From positions 1 to 19,007 of the forward strand of contig JBBISH010000119.1 of assembly GCA_037441385.1 (NCBI GenBank): DNA of 19,007 nt, given 5' to 3'. The position numbers were made by a program, and so were the translations under genes. This DNA is from Myxococcales bacterium. GTDB lineage: Bacteria > Myxococcota_A > UBA9042. Shown piece by piece: positions 9,402-16,955 of the stretch. How positions within the stretch are numbered: the first letter of the stretch is position 1; every line of letters starts with the position of its first letter. The notes beneath the pieces are model-generated. The model saw only the letters and a list, made by a program, of their open reading frames with translations, was not told the DNA's origin and did not search any database.

Positions 9402-9429
9402 TTGACCAGCACCGTTGCCGTGGCAAAAT
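9402..9429 (+). promoter_or_regulatory. Possible sigma70 promoter of the DoxX gene
   Basis: TTGACC-N16-CAAAAT with an extended -10 TG, ~30 nt upstream of ATG 9462. Confidence 0.35.
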
Positions 9430-9461
9430 CTGCGGAGCAACCCAGTGGGAGTCAACCGGCG

Positions 9462-9851
9462 ATGTGGACCGACAAGACCTTCAATCCGTGGCTGGGCCGC
9501 GTCTTCACCGGCCTGCCCGGCCTGGCGCTCGTGGCGAGTGGGGCGATGAAGCTGACCGGCAACCCCGAAATAGTCAAGATGCTCACCGAGAAGTTTGGCT
9601 TTAGGGCTGACCACTTGCCGGTGATCGCGGTCATCGAATTGGCGTGCGCGACCCTGTATTTGATCCCGCAGACCGCGGCCTTGGGCGCCGTGCTGCTCAC
9701 CGGCTACTTGGGCGGCGCTGTCGTGACCCATCTGCGCGTAGGCGACCCGGTGGTGGCGCCGGTCCTGTTGGGGGTGCTGCTGTGGCTGGGCCTGTGGTTC
9801 CGCGATAAACGCGTGCGAGGGCTGTTGCCGGTGCGCGGGCCCCAGGCGTAG
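9462..9851 (+). CDS. DoxX-like family membrane protein
   Basis: SGAMKL...IELACATLYLIPQTAALGAVLLTGYLGGAVVTHLRVGD is the typical DoxX_2 pattern with 4 TM segments. GGGAG at 9447-9451; alternative ATG 9387. Confidence 0.9.
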   Translation: MWTDKTFNPWLGRVFTGLPGLALVASGAMKLTGNPEIVKMLTEKFGFRADHLPVIAVIELACATLYLIPQTAALGAVLLTGYLGGAVVTHLRVGDPVVAPVLLGVLLWLGLWFRDKRVRGLLPVRGPQA

Positions 9852-9954
9852 CGCGGCCGTCTTGCCGATTGGCCACCTTGGCCCACGGCAAATGTGTCCG
9901 GACGGCGGCCTATTGGGGCGCCGCCCGATTGCGCCGCGCTCGCAACGGCCCAAA

Positions 9955-10002
9955 GCGGAGTGGGATCTTGGCCGGCGGAGTGGGATCCTGGCCGGCGGCG
10001 TG
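9955..10002 (+). repeat. 20-bp tandem repeat, ~2.4 units
   Basis: GCGGAGTGGGATC(T/C)TGGCCG at 9955-9974 and 9975-9994, partial third unit. Confidence 0.8.
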
Positions 10003-10259
10003 CTGTGGGGCGACCAATCAAGAATCGTTCAAGTTGCGGGGCGCTTGGACCTGCGACGTCGGGTTCGGAACCTTCAAGGCCCACATGCAGCCTGCGTTGA
10101 TCGGCCGGTGTCCCACGTCCAAGGTCATGCAAAGCTGACGACCTGGACGCTGCCTGGGTTCTTGCTGTCCCCTTGCGCCTCGCGGACCTGCCGTCGCCAT
10201 GCCGCAGGGCAGGCACTCAAGCCCCGTGGAGAAGGGGCGCTTGGGACTCCGGCGCGGGT

Positions 10260-10424
10260 CTAGAACACCAATCACGAATCTCCGAGGTTCAGAGCAACGA
10301 GAGCACTCGCTGACGAAAACTCGTGGATGCTCAGTGGGTCGCAAGCGGGCGCCCCAGAGCCCTGCACTGCCGCGACCCGCCGCGACGTTTGCCCCCAGGA
10401 CTGGGTTTCTGATCGGTGCTCTAG
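10260..10424. mobile_element. Family B CTAG-bounded MITE-like element, copy 1
   Basis: Terminal inverted repeats CTAGAACACCAATC...GATCGGTGCTCTAG; closely similar to 12605-12754. Confidence 0.8.
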
Positions 10425-10556
10425 CCACGGGCCGCGCCGTACCGCCGACCACAGGGGCCTGCGCGGCGAGCGGGATGAACCCAGCGGGCCGCAGGTGCGG
10501 CATCGGCCAGTTGTGGCCCGCAGCCACCGGCGCTACCCTGCTCCCCGGAGGTGGCC

Positions 10557-11738
10557 ATGCTCGAACTCCGCATTCCATCGGTCCTTGGCTGGTCTTCCGT
10601 GATCTTGGGAGCGGCGGCGTGCGTTGCGACGTCCACGGGCAGTAGCGGCGGCGGGGGCGGCGGGGCCGCTGTGGTCCCGGTAAACGGCGGCGCGGTGGCC
10701 AGCGCCTGCACGCAAGAGGACCAAATCGGCTGCGCCCCCGGCTCGCTGATCCGCGTCCGCTGCAAAGGCGGCGCCTGGACCCAGGAAGAGGTCTGCAGCA
10801 CCGGCAAGGCCTGCACCGAAACCTTGGATCCGCAAGGTAAAGTCACGGCCACCGTCTGCGCCATGCCCGTCACCAGCCGCGAATCCAAAGCGATCCTGTG
10901 TGCGCGGGCTAGCGCGTGCGTCAAGCCGATGACCTTCTCGGAGTGCATGAACCCGCCAACCTCGACCCTCATCAGCAAACAGATCGCCGTGTCCGGCTTG
11001 ACCGGCCCCGAAGACCTGCTCGCCACGCAAGTCGACGCTCGCTCGGCCTGCCTCCTGGCCGCGACGGATTGCAAGGCGGTGCAGGCGTGCTTTGCCGCGG
11101 GTGTTACAGCCTGCGAAAGCAACACGGCGGACTCGTGCGTGGGTTCCGTCGCGCGCATTTGCACGGGCGGCGCCACCTACTCGGTGGATTGCGCGAGCGT
11201 GGGCCTCCCCTGCACCTCGGTCAAAGCCGGCGGTGTGGGCATCTTGACCTGCGGCAGCCTGCCCACCTGTACGCAGCTCGGTACCGCGACGTGCAACGGC
11301 TCGGTTGCGCAAGGTTGCATCGGTTTGGACAAGACCACCGGGGTGCAGATCAAGGTCGATTGCGGTGTATTGGGCGGCACTTGCACGGCTTCGGGTCAGC
11401 TCAGCCTGGACCCCAACTCGGTGTGCCAGGTGGGCCCGGGCGGCGCCTGCGACGAAGCGACCTTTGTCCCCACCTGCCAAGGCAACAGTCTGAAAGCGTG
11501 TGTCAAAGGCAAGTTGCAGCAACTCGACTGCAGCTTGGTGGCCGGCACTTGCGCCCTCTCGACTGACGCCGACGGCAAGCCGGTCGCCGAATGCACGGCC
11601 ACGCCCAACTGCCCAAGCTCGCTGCCCAATGACTGCGCCGGGAACGCGGTGCAGTTCTGCGACGGCAGCCTGGGCGCGCGGTCTTTTGATTGCACCAAGG
11701 CCGGACTGAAGTGCAGCAGCGGCAAGTGTCAGTTTTGA
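10557..11738 (+). CDS. Cys-rich repeat lipoprotein, 393 aa
   Basis: GGAGG at 10547-10551, lipobox LGAAA-C, Gly-rich linker, repeated C-x-G-x(4-5)-C...DC-x4-C modules. Confidence 0.85.
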   Translation: MLELRIPSVLGWSSVILGAAACVATSTGSSGGGGGGAAVVPVNGGAVASACTQEDQIGCAPGSLIRVRCKGGAWTQEEVCSTGKACTETLDPQGKVTATVCAMPVTSRESKAILCARASACVKPMTFSECMNPPTSTLISKQIAVSGLTGPEDLLATQVDARSACLLAATDCKAVQACFAAGVTACESNTADSCVGSVARICTGGATYSVDCASVGLPCTSVKAGGVGILTCGSLPTCTQLGTATCNGSVAQGCIGLDKTTGVQIKVDCGVLGGTCTASGQLSLDPNSVCQVGPGGACDEATFVPTCQGNSLKACVKGKLQQLDCSLVAGTCALSTDADGKPVAECTATPNCPSSLPNDCAGNAVQFCDGSLGARSFDCTKAGLKCSSGKCQF

Positions 11739-11843
11739 ACGAGCCAAAGCCCGTTTCTCATTGAGCAGTTGCGTGTCTTTGCCGCGCCGTGCCCCCCTGC
11801 CGAACGTCGGCGCCAAGGATCGCGGCTGGGCAGGGATACGACC

Positions 11844-11872
11844 TTCGCATTTGGCCCGCCTGACGCTATGCT
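11844..11872 (+). promoter_or_regulatory. Possible sigma70 promoter of the two-component operon
   Basis: TTCGCA-N17-TATGCT, 34 nt upstream of ATG 11907. Confidence 0.35.
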
Positions 11873-11906
11873 GCCGCTGCACCCGCGCGCGGGACCGGAC
11901 CGCCCC

Positions 11907-12608
11907 ATGGCCACGTTGCTGCTGGTCGATGATGATCGCAACCTGTTGGAATTGCTTAGCATGGCCTGCGAGGACGCTGGGCACCGCATCCTCACGGCCG
12001 GCGATGGCCGCAGCGGGCTCGAAGTCGTCAAGCGCGAGGCGGTCGATCTGGTCATCGCCGACGTCAACATGCCGATCGTCGACGGGTTTACTTTGGTTCG
12101 CCGCCTGCGCGAGGCCGGCGCCGCGGTCCCGGTGATCCTGCTGACCGCCCGCGACCACGAGGTGGACGAAGCGCTGGGCCTGGAACTCGGTGCCGACGAC
12201 TATGTGGCCAAACCCTACAATACACGGCTGCTTTTGGCGCGGGTAGCGGCGCTGCTCCGGCGCGACCAGCTGCGCGGGCGCAACGACGGCACGCCGCGGT
12301 TGCAGCACGGCCACCTCACCTGGGACACCGAGCGCCTGGAAGTGCGGTGGCGCGACCAGCTGCTGCCGATGACCGTGAGTGAATTCCGGCTGGTCGAGGC
12401 GCTGGTGCGCCGACCGGGCGTCGTGCTGAGTCGCGAAAAGCTGATGGATCTGGTGCGGGGCGACGACAGCGTAGTCGGCGAGCGCATCATCGACACGTGG
12501 GTCCGGCGTCTGCGGCGCAAATTCGAGGGTGCGGACGCCAGCTTTGATCGCATCGACACCGTGGTGGGCGCCGGCTACCGCTGGCGCAGTGACGGCGAAA
12601 CACGCTAG
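11907..12608 (+). CDS. OmpR/PhoB-family response regulator (ChvI/CreB-like), 233 aa
   Basis: Receiver domain LLVDDD...IADVNMP...LLTAR...GADDYVAKP; winged-helix domain TVSEFRLVEALVRRPGVVLSREKL...RRLRRKF...IDTVVGAGYRW. Confidence 0.95.
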   Translation: MATLLLVDDDRNLLELLSMACEDAGHRILTAGDGRSGLEVVKREAVDLVIADVNMPIVDGFTLVRRLREAGAAVPVILLTARDHEVDEALGLELGADDYVAKPYNTRLLLARVAALLRRDQLRGRNDGTPRLQHGHLTWDTERLEVRWRDQLLPMTVSEFRLVEALVRRPGVVLSREKLMDLVRGDDSVVGERIIDTWVRRLRRKFEGADASFDRIDTVVGAGYRWRSDGETR

Positions 12609-12754
12609 AACACCCATCGCAAATCTCCGAGGTCCAGAGCAACGCAACCACTCGCTGACGAAGACTCGTTGATGCTCAGTGGGTCGCAAGCCGGCGCTCG
12701 CGCGACCCGCCGCGACGTTTGCCCGCAGATCCGGGGTTCTGATCGGTGCTCCAG
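12605..12754. mobile_element. Family B MITE-like element, copy 2
   Basis: CTAGAACACCCATC...GATCGGTGCTCCAG, 15 bp shorter than copy 1. Its left CTAG contains the regulator's TAG stop. Confidence 0.8.
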
Positions 12755-12851
12755 GCGCGAGTCGGACTATCCCGACACGCTCCTAGTCGCACCCAAGCCG
12801 GCGAAGGTACTGGACCTGGACTTGCCCGTTGGCGGGCCGCGGTGAGGTAGC

Positions 12852-13946
12852 ATGGGACGGAGCCCACCCCCAGAGACCCACCTGCCTGCGCCCCGTGCCC
12901 GGCCGCTGTGGCCCCAGCGGCGCCGTGGGTGGTTGCGTTCGCTGCGGTTGCGGGCCCTGCTGGTGACCGTGGCGGTGGCGCTGTGGCCGCTGGCGGTGTG
13001 GCAAGAGCTGGGCTGGCGAGCCTGGCTGGCGCAGGTGCTGCCGGTCGCGCTGGGGCTGGGTTGGTGGTTGGGTTGGCGCATGGTGCGACCCATCGAACTG
13101 CTCAACGATCAAGCTCAGCGCCGCAGTGGGCCGGCGGCCGACGACTTTGACCTGGACCCGCACCGCAGCGACGAGTTTGGCGAGTTGGCGGCTTCGCTCA
13201 ATGGCTTGCTGCATCGCCTGGACCAGCGGTCGCAAGCCAACGCGCGCTTTACGGCCGACGTGGCCCACGAACTGAAGAATCAGCTCGCGGCGGTACGCGG
13301 GGTGGCCGAACGTCTGCGCGACGGGCCGCCCAGCGCCGAACGGGCGGCGCGCCTGGCCGAGATCCTGTTGGGAAGCTCGCGCCGCCTGAATGAATTGGTT
13401 AGTGATTTATTGGAGTTGACACGTGCCGAGGCCGGTATGCCCGGCGAAACCCGGCAACGGGTCGACCTGGCGAGCTTGTGCACCGCCTTGGTGGCGCAAC
13501 TGGCCGCGGACCCGCGCTGGAGCGAGCGGCTGACGTTGACGGCGAGCGCGCCGCAGTCGCTCTACGCCGACGGGGTGGCCGTGCGCCTGGAGGCGGCGAT
13601 TCGCAATCTGATTGAAAACGCTTGCCATTTTGCCGTACGCCATGTCGCAGTCCACGTCGAGTCGAGCGGAGATCGGGTGCGCATCACGGTCGCCGACGAT
13701 GGACCGGGTGTTCCGCCCGAGCAAGCAAACCAAGTGTTCGAGCGCTTCTACACCACCCGGCCGGGCCAGGGCACTGGGCTGGGGCTGCCGCTGGTGCGGG
13801 CGATTGCCGAGGGTCATGGTGGAGTTGCGATGCTGTTGCCGGTTCGCGAGGGGGCGACGTTTGCCCTGGAGCTCCCGCTGGCGACCGAGCTCGAAACGGG
13901 CGCCCCGGCTGCCCCGGCTCGTATGTCGGATACCAACCTCGTCTGA
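12852..13946 (+). CDS. Sensor histidine kinase (2 TM, HAMP, HisKA, HATPase), ChvG/CreC-like
   Basis: HAMP (RPIELL...DEFGELAASLN), H-box ADVAHELKNQL, N-box NLIENA, G1 DDGPG, F-box FERFY, G2 GTGLGL. Confidence 0.93.
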   Translation: MGRSPPPETHLPAPRARPLWPQRRRGWLRSLRLRALLVTVAVALWPLAVWQELGWRAWLAQVLPVALGLGWWLGWRMVRPIELLNDQAQRRSGPAADDFDLDPHRSDEFGELAASLNGLLHRLDQRSQANARFTADVAHELKNQLAAVRGVAERLRDGPPSAERAARLAEILLGSSRRLNELVSDLLELTRAEAGMPGETRQRVDLASLCTALVAQLAADPRWSERLTLTASAPQSLYADGVAVRLEAAIRNLIENACHFAVRHVAVHVESSGDRVRITVADDGPGVPPEQANQVFERFYTTRPGQGTGLGLPLVRAIAEGHGGVAMLLPVREGATFALELPLATELETGAPAAPARMSDTNLV

Positions 13947-14062
13947 TTCACGCCTGTACGGTTTCTCTGACCCGGTCTGCAACCGGCGAGAATCAGGCGG
14001 GTACTCCGGTTCGGGCCCGAAGAATTGCCGGAGTTTTCGAGCTGAATTAGGCGGATTCCGTA
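13931..14062 (+). mobile_element. Family A 132-bp element, copy 4
   Basis: Full copy with GGA direct repeats at 13928-13930 and 14063-14065; overlaps the kinase 3' end. Confidence 0.9.
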
Positions 14063-14104
14063 GGAGCAGCGGCAGCCGGGTCGCGCTGGCGCGCGGCTGC
14101 TGGG

Positions 14105-15250
14105 TCAGTCGCGCTGTGCCTTGGGGCAGGTCCACTGCGGCTCGGGGTAGCTGGCGCCGCTGCCGAAGTCGCTGATCAGGTCGACACGGCCGCTGATGCT
14201 GCGGTCGCGGCGGCGCAGTTCGTGGGCCATCGATCCCGCCAGTTCGCCTTGCCACAGATAGGCCAAGCTGCCGCGGTGCGAGTCCATGTCCCAATGGGCG
14301 GTCGAGCCGCGCAGCGCCTGGATATCAAAACCAAAGCTGCTCGCCACCAAGGTCGCCAGCGGCGTGGCCGGGCCGCGGATGTCCATCTGCAGGTGGGCGG
14401 CGCCGTAGTCGCGCTCCACGCTGCCCTCGGCCGTCATCACCAAGTCGGTCAGGTTGCCAAAAGGGCCGAATACGCCGGGCTTGGCCGTGCCCATCGCCAC
14501 CTCGGCAAAGTCCCACAGCGACGCGTCGAACGCGATCGGGTTGGGCACGGTGCCGTCGGGCCCCGCCAAGATGTGGCCCAGCGGGCCAAGCGCTTCATAA
14601 GAGAACTCATAGTGATTCTTGGCCTCCATGCTGCCCCGCATTTCCTTGAAGCTCAGGCTGGTGGTCACCTTGGCGCCCACCAAGTAGGCGTCGAGCTCGA
14701 AGGGATTGGCCAGGATCAGCGCGCCGACTTGGCCTTTGCCGGCGGGTTGCAGCAGCGGGTCGTGGAACGACACCCAGAAGTCCATGCTGGACAGGGGGCC
14801 GGGCACGCTGACGTGCCAACGGCCGCCGTCGTGGCTCAGCGAAGAGGCGTCGATCATCAGGCCCAGGCCCTTGGCCAGTTCTTTGAGCTGGGCGACGGTC
14901 GCGTCCTCAAAGCCAAACGCCGCTTGGTTGCTGAGGAACACGGCCACCAGAAGGCTCTGCGCCAGGCGGGTCTGGGTCTGGCCGCAGGCCACCAGCTCGT
15001 GCAGGCAGCTGCCCGCCGCGTCGCCCAGCTCCGCCAACTCGGCCTCGTCACTCTGCGGCAGACCGCACACCATCGAGCCAGCGAAGGTGGAATTGGCGTC
15101 GTTGTTGGGGGGCTGGCTCCAGGTCTGGGTCGGATACGTCGGCCCGCCCGACGCCTTGACGGGCTCTGTGTCCACGGCGCAGGCAGACAGCGTAACGCCG
15201 CAAAGGATTGCCACAATTCCCCGCTCGATGGTGCCAGCAAAACGCAACAT
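14105..15250 (-). CDS. Lipoprotein of unknown function, 381 aa
   Basis: GGAGG shortly upstream of the ATG (GCGGAGGTACACATG on the minus strand), lipobox TLSA-C, globular-looking composition. Confidence 0.85.
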   Translation of the reverse strand: MLRFAGTIERGIVAILCGVTLSACAVDTEPVKASGGPTYPTQTWSQPPNNDANSTFAGSMVCGLPQSDEAELAELGDAAGSCLHELVACGQTQTRLAQSLLVAVFLSNQAAFGFEDATVAQLKELAKGLGLMIDASSLSHDGGRWHVSVPGPLSSMDFWVSFHDPLLQPAGKGQVGALILANPFELDAYLVGAKVTTSLSFKEMRGSMEAKNHYEFSYEALGPLGHILAGPDGTVPNPIAFDASLWDFAEVAMGTAKPGVFGPFGNLTDLVMTAEGSVERDYGAAHLQMDIRGPATPLATLVASSFGFDIQALRGSTAHWDMDSHRGSLAYLWQGELAGSMAHELRRRDRSISGRVDLISDFGSGASYPEPQWTCPKAQRD

Positions 15251-15340
15251 GTGTACCTCCGCGGCGGTCGGTCCCCAACTGCGGGGCGTCGTGCCGTGGA
15301 GTCACCTTGCCCGTCCCCTTTGAACGCCCAAGCGCGGCCA

Positions 15341-15362
15341 TGTGAATCGTGTGTGAATCGTG
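15341..15362 (-). promoter_or_regulatory. 11-bp tandem direct repeat containing a perfect cre-tag (TTCAC-N6-TTCAC)
   Basis: TGTGAATCGTG x2 on the + strand, equal to TTCACacacgaTTCAC (15357-15342) on the - strand, ~90 nt upstream of ATG 15250. Confidence 0.65.
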
Positions 15363-15468
15363 GCGGACGCGGAGTAGTCGGCCGCGCCGTGCAGTTGCCG
15401 CTGGGTGTTGCCCCGGCGTAGCCTATGGTCTGTGGAACGCAGCGAGTGCGGGAGCTTGGACCACATGA

Positions 15469-15600
15469 TACGCACCCCACCTGATTCGCGCCTGTACGAC
15501 TTTTCTGATCCGTTCTGCAACTGGCGAGAATCAGGCGGGGACCCCGGTTCGGGCCCGAAGAACTGCCCGAGTTTTCGATCCGATTCGGACGGAATTGGCA
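15469..15600 (+). mobile_element. Family A 132-bp element, copy 5
   Basis: Full copy with TGA direct repeats at 15466-15468 and 15601-15603. Confidence 0.9.
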
Positions 15601-16499
15601 TGAGCGCAAGAAGGCCGCCGATGGCGCGACGCCGCTGGGTAGGGATTGGGGTGCTGGCCGCCAGTTGCTGGCTTGCTCTGGCTGCGCCCGTCCGGGCAGG
15701 CGAGCCCGGCGAGGTGAGTTGGCTGACGCGCCCTGCGCGGCTCAGCGTGCAGCACAGCGGGCCGATGGGGCAGCATCAGCTGTGGGCCTTGGACGATGGG
15801 CGCGTAGTCACCCTGGAATGGATCAGCGGTTCGATGGAACTAGGGCCTGCCGACCAGGGGCCGACCGCCAGCCTGTGCCGCGTGCCCGCCGCCCAAGTGG
15901 CCAAGGCCGTCGCTGCACTGCGGCGCGGTAGTCTGTGCAAAACTCCTAGCAATTCAGGTAATTCAGTGGGCGGTGCCATCGCCATCGCGGCCGATCTGGG
16001 CGACGGCCAGCACTGCGTGGTCCGCCGGCGATCGCGCACCTGGAGCGCCGCCGACAGCAAGCTGTTGAGCCAGGTGGAAAACCTTGTCCACAGCGGGACT
16101 TGCGTGGCATTGCCGGACGAGGTGAGCGCGGCGGCCCTGGGGGCCATGCCCAAACTGGACCCGCAGGTCGAATGGCTCCAGGGGGGCACCCTGACGGAGT
16201 CTTTCGGCTTTGACCCGACCGGCGAACTGCTGGCCTGGCAATTCTTGCAGCCGCTGCCGCAGCGCAGCGTCCAGGCCGCCTTGGCCCAGCAGGCCGCCGA
16301 GCTGGCAAATCGCCTGCGGAGCGTACCCTGTCAACCGAACGTGCAAGATGGCCGCGAGGGCGAGGTTCAAGTGCGCGTACGTATGGGCAAAGTCGGCCTT
16401 GGCCCCTGGAACGCGGCCACCTGGCAGCGGTCGCCTTGCTTGCAGCCCGTGTGGCGGTGGCTCCATGCGCTGCGGGCGCCGGCCCAGGGTGACAAGTAG
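15600..16499 (+). CDS. Secreted protein of unknown function, ~299 aa
   Basis: Signal peptide RRRWVGIGVLAASCWLALAAPVRA-GE. Alternative starts: ATG 15465 (in frame through the element) and ATG 15621. Confidence 0.7.
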   Translation: MSARRPPMARRRWVGIGVLAASCWLALAAPVRAGEPGEVSWLTRPARLSVQHSGPMGQHQLWALDDGRVVTLEWISGSMELGPADQGPTASLCRVPAAQVAKAVAALRRGSLCKTPSNSGNSVGGAIAIAADLGDGQHCVVRRRSRTWSAADSKLLSQVENLVHSGTCVALPDEVSAAALGAMPKLDPQVEWLQGGTLTESFGFDPTGELLAWQFLQPLPQRSVQAALAQQAAELANRLRSVPCQPNVQDGREGEVQVRVRMGKVGLGPWNAATWQRSPCLQPVWRWLHALRAPAQGDK

Positions 16500-16619
16500 C
16501 TTCGGTCGGTGTTTTGCGGCGGCAGCGATGCCTTTGCCCGGCGGTGCTCGAAGTGCGCCGGCCCGGCCACGCACCTGTGTGCTGTGCACCTTCCGCTACC
16601 GCGCCAGCTCGCGACTTTG

Positions 16620-16628
16620 TGCTAGACT
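16620..16628 (+). promoter_or_regulatory. Extended -10 promoter of the retron
   Basis: TG-C-TAGACT, 6 nt upstream of the first base of the a1/a2 repeat (16635). Confidence 0.55.
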
Positions 16629-16634
16629 GGCTGC

Positions 16635-16797
16635 GGGTTGCGGCGCGCGCCAAGCAGACCTCAGGCAGCTTGCCTCGGTCTCTCTGGGGCTACCCCAGGG
16701 CAATTCATCGGCTTATCGGGCCATCGCAGGACCCGCTGCGTGGCCTCTCACGCGACCGGTCCTGCACGACGAGCGAGGTTGGCGCGTGCCGCAATCC
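16635..16797 (+). ncRNA. Retron msr-msd ncRNA
   Basis: 19-bp a1/a2 inverted repeat 16635-16653 / 16779-16797 (17 Watson-Crick + 2 G-U pairs); G16654 in an AGC context directly after the 5' arm; msr stem-loops 16657-16680 and 16682-16700; msd hairpin with GCAGGACC/GGTCCTGC and GCGTG/CACGC stems; upstream of a retron RT. Confidence 0.88.
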
Positions 16798-16803
16798 TTC
16801 CCA

Positions 16804-16935
16804 AGCCAGATCCACTCGAATCCGCTCGAAGAAGTCGGCGACTCTTGGGTCCTGAACCGGGTTTCCGGCCTGATTCTTGCCAGTTGCAGTGTGAGTCCAA
16901 CAGGCGATGCACGGGCGAATCCGCTGGGGAGCGCA
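16804..16935 (-). mobile_element. Family A 132-bp element, copy 6 (divergent)
   Basis: Degenerate reverse copy of the same length; CCA direct repeats at 16801-16803 and 16936-16938. Confidence 0.8.
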
Positions 16936-16955
16936 CCAACCAGCCGGGGTGCGGC

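Noticed and set aside
9955..10002. 20-bp repeat as a CRISPR array
   Set aside because: Units are directly adjacent with no spacers, and no cas genes are present.
10020..10050. ESFKLRGA resembles the PLP-lysine motif of threonine dehydratases
   Set aside because: Short ORF with no other family features; most likely coincidence.
246..16935. Family A repeats as integron attC sites (suggested by the IIC intron and single genes between repeats)
   Set aside because: No RYYYAAC/GTTRRRY cores, mixed orientations, no integrase in view, and 3-bp target duplications point to insertion by transposition.
16638..16955. RT start at TTG 16638 (551 aa)
   Set aside because: This segment is the msr-msd ncRNA plus element copy 6; ATG 16956 is the plausible start.
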